The translations under genes were made by a program, and so were the position numbers. From NCBI GenBank assembly GCA_001725505.1, contig MEGM01000001.1:1-51072 (forward strand): DNA of 51,072 nucleotides, read 5' to 3'. The number at the start of each line of letters is the position of its first letter. Positions within the stretch are counted from its first letter, which is position 1. Below, piece by piece: positions 32,256-40,928 of the stretch. Source of the stretch: Rubrivivax sp. SCN 70-15 (GTDB lineage Bacteria; Pseudomonadota; Gammaproteobacteria; Burkholderiales; Burkholderiaceae_C). The notes below the pieces were generated by a model. That model was given only the letters and a program-made list of their open reading frames with translations, had not been told where the DNA came from and made no database searches.

Positions 32256-33379
32256 GCGAGCACCTCCGTCAGCACGCCGCCGAGCGCGGTCTTCAGCACC
32301 GCGCCGAGTGCGGCGACACCGGCCTCGATGCGCTCGGGCGGCACGGTGACGAAGCTCAGGCGCAGCGTGTTCGCGTGGCCCGCGCCGTCGCCGGCGAAGA
32401 AGGGCGCGCCCGGCACGTAGGCCACGCCGGCGTCGACCGCCCTGGGCAGCAGCGCGGTGGCGTCGAGCGCCGCCGGCAGCTCGACCCAGAAGAACATCCC
32501 GCCGGCCGGCACGGCCCAGCGGCAGCCCGCCGGCAGGTGGCGCTCGAGCGCCTTGACGACCTCGTAGACGATGCGCTGGTTGAAGCCCGGCGTGTGCAGG
32601 TCCGCGGCCTGCTTGGCCTGGAGCAGCTTCGGGTACAGCGCCTTCGGCGCGACGACATAGCCCAGGCGCAGCCCGGGTGCGAGCACCTTCGAGAACGAGC
32701 CGAGGTAGACCGCCTGCTCGGCGCAGCGCGCCGCGATCGGCGGCGGCGGCGGCGCGTCGAACCAGAGCTCGCCGTAGGGGTTGTCCTCGACGATGGGCAG
32801 GCCCAGCGCGAGCGCGCGCTCGGCCAGCGCGTCGCGCCGCGCCGCCGACAGGCAGCGCCCGCTCGGGTTCTGGAAGTTCGGCAGCAGGTAGAGGAAGCGC
32901 GCGTCGCGCACCGCCTCCAGCGCCGCCGGCAGCGGCCCCTCGGCGTCGCCCTCGACGGCGGCGAACTCGGGCTCGTAGGGGTTGAAGGCCTGCAACGCGC
33001 CCAGGTAGGTGGGCGACTCGACCGCGACCTCGCTGCCCGGGTCGACGAGCACCTTGCCGACCAGGTCCAGCCCCTGCTGCGAACCGGTCGTGACGAGCAC
33101 CTGCGACGCGTCGGCCTGCAGCCCGTGGCGCGCGAGATCGGCCACCACCCATTCACGCAGCGGCGCGTAGCCCTCGCTGGCTGCGTACTGCAGCGCCTCG
33201 CGCGGGTGTTCGCGCAGCACGCGCGCGCTCGCCTCGGCCATCGCCTCGACCGGAAAACTGTCCGCCGACGGCAGCCCGCCGGCGAGCGAGATGATCCCCG
33301 GCCGCTCGGTGACCTTCAGGATCTCGCGGATCGTCGACGGGTTCAGCCGCTCGGCGCGGCGGGCCATCTTCCAGGGCAT
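32252..33379 (-). CDS. Class I PLP-dependent aminotransferase (LysN/2-aminoadipate transaminase-like), with an apparent internal in-frame deletion
   Basis: ISLAGGLP, TGSQQGLD, NFQNPSG, EDNPY, GSFSKVLAPGLRLG, LRLSF; short between EVVK and ALERH. Confidence 0.88.
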   Translation of the reverse strand: MPWKMARRAERLNPSTIREILKVTERPGIISLAGGLPSADSFPVEAMAEASARVLREHPREALQYAASEGYAPLREWVVADLARHGLQADASQVLVTTGSQQGLDLVGKVLVDPGSEVAVESPTYLGALQAFNPYEPEFAAVEGDAEGPLPAALEAVRDARFLYLLPNFQNPSGRCLSAARRDALAERALALGLPIVEDNPYGELWFDAPPPPPIAARCAEQAVYLGSFSKVLAPGLRLGYVVAPKALYPKLLQAKQAADLHTPGFNQRIVYEVVKALERHLPAGCRWAVPAGGMFFWVELPAALDATALLPRAVDAGVAYVPGAPFFAGDGAGHANTLRLSFVTVPPERIEAGVAALGAVLKTALGGVLTEVLA

Positions 33380-33395
33380 CTCTACGTTCTCCAGT

Positions 33396-34301
33396 TCAAT
33401 GCGCCGGTCGCGAGACCGGCAGTTTGCGCCCGATGAACACCACGCCCATCACGGCGAGGGCGAACACCAGGGTCGGCGGCCGCAGCCTTTCGCCGAGCAC
33501 CGGCACGGCGAACAGCAGGGCCAGGAAGGGCTGCAGCAGCTGCACCTGGCTTACGCGCACGACGCCGCCCAGGTTCAGGCCGCGGTACCAGGCGAAGAAA
33601 CCCAGCCACATCGAGAAGACCGAGACATAGCCGAAGCCGAGCCAGGCGCTGGCGTGCACGGCCGCGGTCGGCCGGACCCAGAGCGCGACCGGCAGCGTCA
33701 ACGGCAGCGCCAGCACGAGCACCCAGCAGATCACCTGCTCCGCACTCAGCGCTGCCGCGACGCGCGCGCCGGCCACGTAGCCGATCGACGCGCTGGCGAC
33801 CGCGGCCAGCAGCAGGCCGTCGGCCAGGCTGGCGCGGCCGCTGCCCGACCAGACCGCAAAGCCCAGCACCAGCGCACAGCCGAGCACGGCATTGGCCCAG
33901 AACGCGGCCGACGGCCGCTGGCGCAGCGCCAGCGCCGCGACGAGGGCCGTGCCCAGCGGCAGCACGCCGGTCACCACCGCCGCGTGCATCGCGTCGACGC
34001 GGCGCAGCGCGAGCGCGAGGAAGAGCGGGAACCCGACCACGGTGCCGAGCGCGCAGAGCGCCAGCGCCGGCAGATGGCGCCGCGCCGGCCGCGGCGCGCG
34101 CACGGCGAGCAGGTAGGCGATGCTGAGCAGGCCGGCGAGCGCGGCGCGACCCGCGGTGACGAAGGCGGGTGGCAGCTGCGGCGCGCCGGCGTCGCCGACG
34201 GCCAGGCGCGTCATCGGCAGCGTCATCGCGAAGATCACCACGCCGAGCACGCCGAGCAGCAGGCCGCGCCGGGCGCGCGAAGGGTCGGCATCGGAGGGCA
34301 T
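33396..34301 (-). CDS. EamA/DMT family transporter
   Basis: About 10 TM segments; FAMTLPMTR, FFAWYRGL..GGVVRVSQVQLLQPF, LGE. Confidence 0.9.
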   Translation of the reverse strand: MPSDADPSRARRGLLLGVLGVVIFAMTLPMTRLAVGDAGAPQLPPAFVTAGRAALAGLLSIAYLLAVRAPRPARRHLPALALCALGTVVGFPLFLALALRRVDAMHAAVVTGVLPLGTALVAALALRQRPSAAFWANAVLGCALVLGFAVWSGSGRASLADGLLLAAVASASIGYVAGARVAAALSAEQVICWVLVLALPLTLPVALWVRPTAAVHASAWLGFGYVSVFSMWLGFFAWYRGLNLGGVVRVSQVQLLQPFLALLFAVPVLGERLRPPTLVFALAVMGVVFIGRKLPVSRPAH

Positions 34302-34323
34302 GCAGCCAGTCTATTCGACGGCT

Positions 34324-34392
34324 CCGGTACAGCATGAATACACTTCGGTGCACACACGATCGAACTTGTACTGGCCCGCGCGCCGGTACAGC
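34324..34392. promoter_or_regulatory. Probable MocR operator array (direct plus inverted repeats)
   Basis: CCGGTACAGC at 34324-34333 and 34383-34392; inverted TGTACTGG at 34367-34374. Confidence 0.65.
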
Positions 34393-34397
34393 GCCCG

Positions 34398-35813
34398 ATG
34401 AACGCCGACCTCACCGCGCTCGCCCGCGCCGCCGGCGCCACGCTCACCGAGCAGCTGGCCCAGCGCTTTGCCGACCGGATCGACCAGCGCCTGCTGCCGC
34501 CCGGCGCGCGCCTGCCGTCGGTGCGCGATTGCGCGCAGCGTCACGGCGTCAGCGCCAGCACCGTGGTCGGCGCCTACGACCTGCTCCAGGCCCGCGGCCT
34601 GGTCGAGGCGCGCCCGCAGCGCGGCTTCTTCGTGCGCCAAGCCGCCGCCGCGCCGCGCGCGCTGGCGCCACGGCCGTCCGACGGCGCGCTGCCGGCGCCG
34701 GTGGACGCCACGGCGCTGATCCGCAGCATGTTCCAGGCCCAGGGCGGCCGCCCGGCGCCCGGCATGGGAACGCTGCCCGAAGACTGGCTCGACGCCAGCC
34801 TGCTGCAACGCGCGCTGCGCCGCGTCGGCAGCCCCGCCGCGGCCGTGGGCTGGCTGCGCTATGGCGACCCGGCCGGCGACGCCGGCCTGCGCGCCGCGCT
34901 GTCGCGCCGGCTCGCCGACATCGGCATCCCCGCGAGCGCCGCGCAGATCGTCACCACCGTGGGCGCCACGCATGCGCTGGACCTGATCTCGCGCACGCTG
35001 CTGCAGCCGGGCGATGCGGTCCTCGTCGACGAGCCCGGCTGGGCGGTCGAGTTCGCCCGGCTCACCCGTGCCGGCATGCGCCTGCTGCCGGTACCGCGCG
35101 GCGCCGACGGGCCCGACCTGGCGGTGGTGGAGGCGCTGCTGCGCGAGCACCGGCCGCGCCTGTACGTGACGGTCTCGGTGCTGCACAACCCGACCGGCCA
35201 CTCGCTGACGCCGGCGTCGGCGCACCAGCTGCTGCAACTGGCGGAGCGCCACGACCTGACCGTGGTCGAAGACGACACCTACGCCTGGCTGGCGCCGGCG
35301 CACGCAACCCGGCTGGCGCAGCTCGACGGGCTGCGACGCACCGTCTACGTCTCGGGCTTCTCGAAGATCCTGACGCCGCAATGGCGCATCGGCTACCTGG
35401 CCGCGGCACCGGCGCTGGTCGAACGCGTGGTCGACACCAAGCTGCTGGCGACGCTGGGCACGCCGGGGCCGCTGGAGCAGGCGCTGGCCTGCTGCCTGGA
35501 GCAGGGCACGCTGCGCCGCCACGCCGAGCGCGTGGCCCTGCGCCTGGCGGCCGCGCGCTCGCGCACCGAGCGCCTGGCGCTAGACGCCGGCGCCCGCTTC
35601 GTGACGCCACCGCAAGGCCTGTTCGGCTGGGTCGACGTCGGCACCGACACCGAAAGCCTGGCCCAGCGCATGCTGGACGAGGGCTGGCTGATCGCCCCTG
35701 GCGCCCTGTTCCACGCGACGCCGCGGCCGACGACGCTGATGCGCGTGAACTTCGCGACCGCGCAGGACGCGCGCTTCTGGCGCAGCCTCGAGGCGCTCGC
35801 CTCGGCGCACTGA
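34398..35813 (+). CDS. MocR/GabR family regulator (GntR wHTH plus PLP aminotransferase-like domain)
   Basis: GARLPSVR..A...GVSASTVVGAYDLL, RGFFV; HNPTG, EDD, SGFSK. Confidence 0.93.
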   Translation: MNADLTALARAAGATLTEQLAQRFADRIDQRLLPPGARLPSVRDCAQRHGVSASTVVGAYDLLQARGLVEARPQRGFFVRQAAAAPRALAPRPSDGALPAPVDATALIRSMFQAQGGRPAPGMGTLPEDWLDASLLQRALRRVGSPAAAVGWLRYGDPAGDAGLRAALSRRLADIGIPASAAQIVTTVGATHALDLISRTLLQPGDAVLVDEPGWAVEFARLTRAGMRLLPVPRGADGPDLAVVEALLREHRPRLYVTVSVLHNPTGHSLTPASAHQLLQLAERHDLTVVEDDTYAWLAPAHATRLAQLDGLRRTVYVSGFSKILTPQWRIGYLAAAPALVERVVDTKLLATLGTPGPLEQALACCLEQGTLRRHAERVALRLAAARSRTERLALDAGARFVTPPQGLFGWVDVGTDTESLAQRMLDEGWLIAPGALFHATPRPTTLMRVNFATAQDARFWRSLEALASAH

Positions 35814-35903
35814 AGCAGACACGGGTGTGACTTCCGGGCGGCGTACCATTCCCGCCCAGATCCTGACCGCGGCCCGCCCGGGCCGAGCCTTGCACAGCGC
35901 ACG

Positions 35904-36659
35904 ATGTTCGAATCGACCTTGCCGTTGGGCGCGCCCGACCTGATGCGCGTGAGCGCCTTTAGGCGCTACCTCGACGAGATGTCGCGCAGCGGCGATGTCG
36001 ACCTGTCGAGCACGCGACTGTCGTCGCTGAGCCCGTCGATGATGCTCGACCTGCGCCGCTTCGAGCAGACGCGCCGCAGCGGCGAGGGCCTCGAGGTGCT
36101 CGAGGTGCTGGCCGCCTGCGTGCGCCACGGCCGCAGCCTGCTGATCCACCTGCACGACGAAGGCCGGGTCGTGCCGCTGACGGTGTTCCCGGTCGAGCGC
36201 GTCGCGCATTGCCCGATGCCGATGGAGCAGTTCCTCGCCACCCGGCTGACCGACCTGCAGGTGCTGCATGTCGAGCCGTCGGTGCTGCGCCCGCCCGGCG
36301 ACCGCGAGCGCTCGCTCGTCGCCGAGCCGGCGCTGTACGCGCCGCTCGGCCCGCTGCTGTGGGAGCTGGCGCTGCGCGGCTCGCGCGAGGATCTGCTGCC
36401 CGAGATCGCCGGCCAGGCCGCGTACCGGATCGCGCCCGGCGTCGACCTGAAGGGCTTGAGCCTGAACGGCTCGCTCGCCGCCGCCGTGGTGCGACTCAAG
36501 CGCCACACGACGAACCTGCGCGAGATCGCCGAATGGCCCGGCTTCGACCGCGCGCGCGCGACGCGCATGCTCAACGGCCTGTACCTGCAGGCCGGGCTGA
36601 TGGTCAGCCGCACGCACCCGGCGGCGACCAATGAGGGCTGGTTCAGCGGGAATCGCTGA
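35904..36659 (+). CDS. Hypothetical protein, possible C-terminal winged helix
   Basis: 251 aa ORF with normal codon bias filling the gap; no family motif recognised. Confidence 0.75.
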   Translation: MFESTLPLGAPDLMRVSAFRRYLDEMSRSGDVDLSSTRLSSLSPSMMLDLRRFEQTRRSGEGLEVLEVLAACVRHGRSLLIHLHDEGRVVPLTVFPVERVAHCPMPMEQFLATRLTDLQVLHVEPSVLRPPGDRERSLVAEPALYAPLGPLLWELALRGSREDLLPEIAGQAAYRIAPGVDLKGLSLNGSLAAAVVRLKRHTTNLREIAEWPGFDRARATRMLNGLYLQAGLMVSRTHPAATNEGWFSGNR

Positions 36660-36698
36660 CCACCCGCTACGCGCTTCGCTCGACGGCGATCCGCCGAG

Positions 36699-38597
36699 TC
36701 AGGCTCGTGCGCCCAGCCCTTCCCAGCGCTCCAGCGCCACGAGCAGCTCTTCCTCGATCTGCTCGTGGCGCGCCTGCAGCTCGCGCACGCGCTGCGGCTC
36801 GGCGACGTAGATCTCGCTTCCGGCCAGCAGCTCGCTGATCAGCTTCTGCTCCGCCTCCAGCGCCTCGATGCGGCCGGGCAGCGCGTCGAGCTCGCGCTGC
36901 TCCTTGTAGCTGAGCTTGGTCCTGGCCGCGGCCGGCTTCGGTGCGGTCGCGGCGGGCGGCGCAGGCCGGGGCGCCGCGGCGATCGCGGCGGCGCGCGCGC
37001 GCTCGCGCTGGCGCTTCCAGTCCTCGTAGCCGCCCTCGTATTCGCGCCACAGCCCCGGACGGCCACCGTACGCGGGATCGCCTTCCCAGGCGATCGTGCT
37101 CGTCACGACGTTGTCGAGGAAGCGCCGGTCGTGGCTGACCAGGAACACCGTGCCGGCATAGTTCTGCAGCAGGTCCTCGAGCAGGTCGAGCGTGTCGATG
37201 TCGAGGTCGTTCGTCGGCTCGTCGAGCACCAGCACGTTGGCCGGCAGCGCGAACAGCCGCGCCAGCAGCAGCCGGTTGCGTTCGCCGCCGGAGAGCGTGC
37301 GCACCGGCGAGTTCGCGCGCTCGGGCGCGAACAGGAAGTCGCCGAGGTAGCTCATCACGTGCTTGCGCGAGCTGCCGACCTCGATCCACTCGCTGCCCGG
37401 GCTGATCGTGTCGGCGAGCGTCGCGTCGAGCTTCAGCCCGGCGCGCATCTGGTCGAAGTAGGCGACCTGCAGCCGCGTGCCCTGGCGCACCGTGCCGCCG
37501 GTCGGCTGCAGCTCGCCGAGGATCAGCTTGAGCAGCGTCGTCTTGCCGCAGCCGTTCGGGCCGATCAGGCCGACCTTGTCGCCGCGCAGGATCGTGGCCG
37601 AGAAATGGTCGATCAGCAGCCGTCCTTCACCCGGTGGGCCGAAGCGCAGGCTCACGTCGCGCAGCTCGGCGACGATCTTGCCCGGCGGCAGCCCGGCGTC
37701 GAGCTCGAGCCGGACCTGGCCGAGCGTGTCGCGCCGCTGCCGGCGCTGCTCGCGCAGCCGCACGAGCCGCGCGACGCGGCCGACGCTGCGCGTGCGCCGC
37801 GCCTCGACGCCCTTGCGGATCCAGACCTCCTCCTGCGCGAGCAGCTTGTCGGCACGCGCGGCGGCCTGCGCCTCGGCGTCGAGCTCGCGCTCCTTGGCGG
37901 CCTCGAACGCGGCGAAGTTGCCCGGGTAGCTGCGCAGCTGGCCGCGGTCGAGCTCGACGATGCGTGTCGCCACCGCGTCGATGAAGGCGCGGTCGTGCGA
38001 GACGAGCACGAGGGCGCCGCGAAAGGCGACGAGCAGATCCTGCAGCCACTCGATCGCGTCGATGTCGAGGTGGTTCGTCGGCTCGTCGAGCAGCAGCACG
38101 TCGGGCACGGCGACCAGCGCCTGGGCGAGCGCGACGCGCTTCTTCGTGCCGCCGGACAGCGTTTCGACGCGCGCGCCGGCCTCGAGGCGCAGGCGCTGCA
38201 GCGTCTGCTCGACGCGCTGCTCCCAGGTCCAGCCGTCGAGCGCCTCGATGCGCGTCTGCAGCGCGTCGAGGTCGTCGCCCGCCGAATGGGCCTCGTAGCG
38301 CTGGCGCAGCGCGCGCGCCTCGGCCACGCCGTCGCCGACGGCGTCGAACACGGTGACCCCGGGCGCGAACTGCGGCTCCTGCGCGACGTAGACGCGGCGC
38401 AGTCCGCCCTGGACCTGCAGCAGCCCGTCGTCGGGCTTGTCCAGCCCGGCCAGGATCTTCAGCAGCGAGGACTTGCCGGCGCCGTTGCGGCCGATCAGCG
38501 CCAGGCGCTCGCCGGCCTCGAGCGACATCGAGGCGCCGTCGAGCAGGGGCACGTGGCCGAAGGCCAGGTGGGCGTCGGAGAGCGAGAGCAGGGCCAT
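36699..38597 (-). CDS. uup: ABC-F family ATPase Uup
   Basis: Two ABC domains (GRNGAGKS, LSGG, LDEPTNHLD; GPNGCGKT, LDEPTNDLD), EEVWIRKGVEARRTR linker, KLSYKEQREL C-terminal domain. Confidence 0.93.
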   Translation of the reverse strand: MALLSLSDAHLAFGHVPLLDGASMSLEAGERLALIGRNGAGKSSLLKILAGLDKPDDGLLQVQGGLRRVYVAQEPQFAPGVTVFDAVGDGVAEARALRQRYEAHSAGDDLDALQTRIEALDGWTWEQRVEQTLQRLRLEAGARVETLSGGTKKRVALAQALVAVPDVLLLDEPTNHLDIDAIEWLQDLLVAFRGALVLVSHDRAFIDAVATRIVELDRGQLRSYPGNFAAFEAAKERELDAEAQAAARADKLLAQEEVWIRKGVEARRTRSVGRVARLVRLREQRRQRRDTLGQVRLELDAGLPPGKIVAELRDVSLRFGPPGEGRLLIDHFSATILRGDKVGLIGPNGCGKTTLLKLILGELQPTGGTVRQGTRLQVAYFDQMRAGLKLDATLADTISPGSEWIEVGSSRKHVMSYLGDFLFAPERANSPVRTLSGGERNRLLLARLFALPANVLVLDEPTNDLDIDTLDLLEDLLQNYAGTVFLVSHDRRFLDNVVTSTIAWEGDPAYGGRPGLWREYEGGYEDWKRQRERARAAAIAAAPRPAPPAATAPKPAAARTKLSYKEQRELDALPGRIEALEAEQKLISELLAGSEIYVAEPQRVRELQARHEQIEEELLVALERWEGLGARA

Positions 38598-38629
38598 GCG
38601 GCGATTGTCCTCCGGCGTAGCATTCGCCC

Positions 38630-39952
38630 ATGCTGCAACGCCGCCCGTGGGTCGACGCCCGGTCCGAAGACCTCGTCCAGTCCGTCGCCGCCGCGACCGC
38701 GGCCGCGTCCAGCGACGCCAGCGCGGCCGAGATCGAACGCCTGGTCGCCTGGAACCGCCGCATCCACGACGTCGAGGGCCTGAACCTGAACCCGGCGTCG
38801 AACGTGATGAACCCGAAGGCCGAGGCGCTGATGGCGGCCGGGCTGGGCCCGCGCGCGTCGCTCGGCTGGCCGGGCGACAAGTACGAGATGGGGCTGCAGG
38901 CGATCGAGCGCATCGAGATCGTCGCCGCCGAGCTCGCGGCCGAGGTCTTCGGCGCGCGCTGCGCCGAGGTGCGCGTCGGCTCGGGCGCGCTCGCCAACCT
39001 CTACGTCTTCATGGCGACCTGCCGGCCCGGCGACACCATCATCGCGCCGCCGGCCGAGATCGGCGGCCATGTCACGCACCACGCCGCCGGCGCCGCCGGG
39101 ATCTACGGCCTGCGCACGCTGCCCGCGCCGGTGCAGGCCGACGGCTACACCGTCGACGTCGACGCGCTGCGCAAGCTGGCGCACGAGGCAAAGCCGCGCC
39201 TGATCACGCTCGGCGGCAGCCTGAACCTGTTCCCGCACCCGGTGGCGGCGGTGCGCGGCATCGCCGACGAGGTCGGCGCGCTGCTGATGTTCGACGCCGC
39301 GCACCTGTCGGGCATGGTCGCCGGCGGCGCCTGGGCGAACCCTCTGGCCGAGGGCGCGCAGGTGATGACGATGAGCACCTACAAGAGCCTGGGCGGCCCG
39401 CCCGGCGGGCTCGTGGTCGGCAACGACACGGCGCTGTTCGAACGCATCGATGCGATCGCCTACCCGGGGCTGACGGCCAACTTCGACGCCGGCAAGACCG
39501 CCGCGCTCGCGCTCGGCCTTCTCGACTGGAAGGACTTCGGCGCCGCCTACGCGCGCACGATGCAGGCGACGGCGCGCGCGCTGGCCGAGGCGCTCGCGCG
39601 CGCGGGACTGCCGGTGTTCGCGATCGAGCGCGGCGCGACGGACTCGCACCAGTTCGCGCTCGAAGCCGCGGCCTTCGGCGGCGGCCAGGCAGCGGCGCGC
39701 CGGCTCGAGCGCGCGCGGCTGCTCGCCTGCGGGATCGGGCTGCCGCAGGCCCGCGTCGCGCCGGTGCCGGGCGACGTCAACGGCCTGCGCCTGGGCGTGC
39801 CCGAGATCGTCCGCCTGGGCCTGGACGCGGCCGAGATGCCCGAACTCGCGGCGCTGATCGCGCGCGCGCTCCAGGGCGAGCCCGAACCGGTGGCCGCCGA
39901 CGTGACGGCGCTGCGGCGCCGCTTCAGCGGCCTGCGCTTCGTGCGGCCCTGA
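38630..39952 (+). CDS. Divergent serine hydroxymethyltransferase-fold PLP enzyme (possible folate-independent aldolase)
   Basis: SGALAN, GGHVTH, FDAAH, MSTYKSLGGPPGG, GLRLG; lacks the canonical KYAEGY and TTTHKTLRGP motifs. Confidence 0.75.
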   Translation: MLQRRPWVDARSEDLVQSVAAATAAASSDASAAEIERLVAWNRRIHDVEGLNLNPASNVMNPKAEALMAAGLGPRASLGWPGDKYEMGLQAIERIEIVAAELAAEVFGARCAEVRVGSGALANLYVFMATCRPGDTIIAPPAEIGGHVTHHAAGAAGIYGLRTLPAPVQADGYTVDVDALRKLAHEAKPRLITLGGSLNLFPHPVAAVRGIADEVGALLMFDAAHLSGMVAGGAWANPLAEGAQVMTMSTYKSLGGPPGGLVVGNDTALFERIDAIAYPGLTANFDAGKTAALALGLLDWKDFGAAYARTMQATARALAEALARAGLPVFAIERGATDSHQFALEAAAFGGGQAAARRLERARLLACGIGLPQARVAPVPGDVNGLRLGVPEIVRLGLDAAEMPELAALIARALQGEPEPVAADVTALRRRFSGLRFVRP

Positions 39953-39958
39953 GCCGCG

Positions 39959-40903
39959 TCAGGCGAGCGCCGCCTCGAGCGCGTCGACGAAGCGCTGCGC
40001 GACGTCGTAGCCGGTCTGCTGCGTGATCTCCTGGAAGCAGGTCGGGCTCGTGACGTTGATCTCGGTCAGGCAGCTCCCGATCACGTCCAGCCCGACGAGG
40101 AGCAGGCCGCGCGCGGCGAGGATGGGCCCGAGCGTCGACGCGATCTCGCGCTCGCGCTCGGTCAGCGCCATCGCGACGCCCTTGCCGCCGACCGCCAGGT
40201 TGCCGCGGATCTCGCTGCCCTGCGGGATGCGCGCGAGCGAATACGGGACCGGCTCGCCGCCGATCACGAGCACGCGCTTGTCGCCGGCGACGATCTCGGG
40301 CAGGTACTTCTGCACCATCAGGGTCTGCGCGCCGCCCTTGTTCAGCGTCTCGACGATGCTGCCCAGGTTCAGCCCGTCGGGGCCGACGCGGAAGATGCCC
40401 ATCCCGCCCATGCCGTCGAGCGGCTTGAGGATCACGTCGCGGTGCTCGGCGTGGAAGCGCCTCACGTCGGCCGCGTCGCGCGTCACCAGCGTCGGCGCGA
40501 TGAACTGCGGGAACTCCAGGATCGCGAGCTTCTCCGGGTGGTCGCGCAGCGCCGCGGGCTTGTTGAACACGCGCGCGCCCTCGCGCTCGGCCTGGCCGAG
40601 CAGGTGCGTCGCGTAGAAGTACTCGCTGTCGAAGGGCGGGTCCAGGCGCATCAGCACCGCGCCTGCGTCGGCCAGCGCGATCTCGCTTTCGTCGACGACG
40701 CGGAACCAGTCGTGCGCGTCGCCGGTCAGCTCGATCCGGCGCACGCGCGCGCCGACGCGGCCGCCGCGCTGCCAGTGCAGCGCGCCCGCCTCGCAGGCCA
40801 GCACGCGGTGGCCGCGCGACGCGGCCTCGCGCATCATCGCGAACGTGCTGTCCTTGTAGGTCTTGAAGCTCTCGATCGGGTCGGCGACGAACAGCAGGTC
40901 CAT
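39959..40903 (-). CDS. gshB: Glutathione synthetase
   Basis: KDSTFAMM, MRLDPPFD, KPLDGMGG.GIF, GDKR, RGNLAVGG, EINVTSPT. Confidence 0.96.
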   Translation of the reverse strand: MDLLFVADPIESFKTYKDSTFAMMREAASRGHRVLACEAGALHWQRGGRVGARVRRIELTGDAHDWFRVVDESEIALADAGAVLMRLDPPFDSEYFYATHLLGQAEREGARVFNKPAALRDHPEKLAILEFPQFIAPTLVTRDAADVRRFHAEHRDVILKPLDGMGGMGIFRVGPDGLNLGSIVETLNKGGAQTLMVQKYLPEIVAGDKRVLVIGGEPVPYSLARIPQGSEIRGNLAVGGKGVAMALTEREREIASTLGPILAARGLLLVGLDVIGSCLTEINVTSPTCFQEITQQTGYDVAQRFVDALEAALA

Positions 40904-40928
40904 GGGCAGCGGGCGTGCGGCAAAGCGC

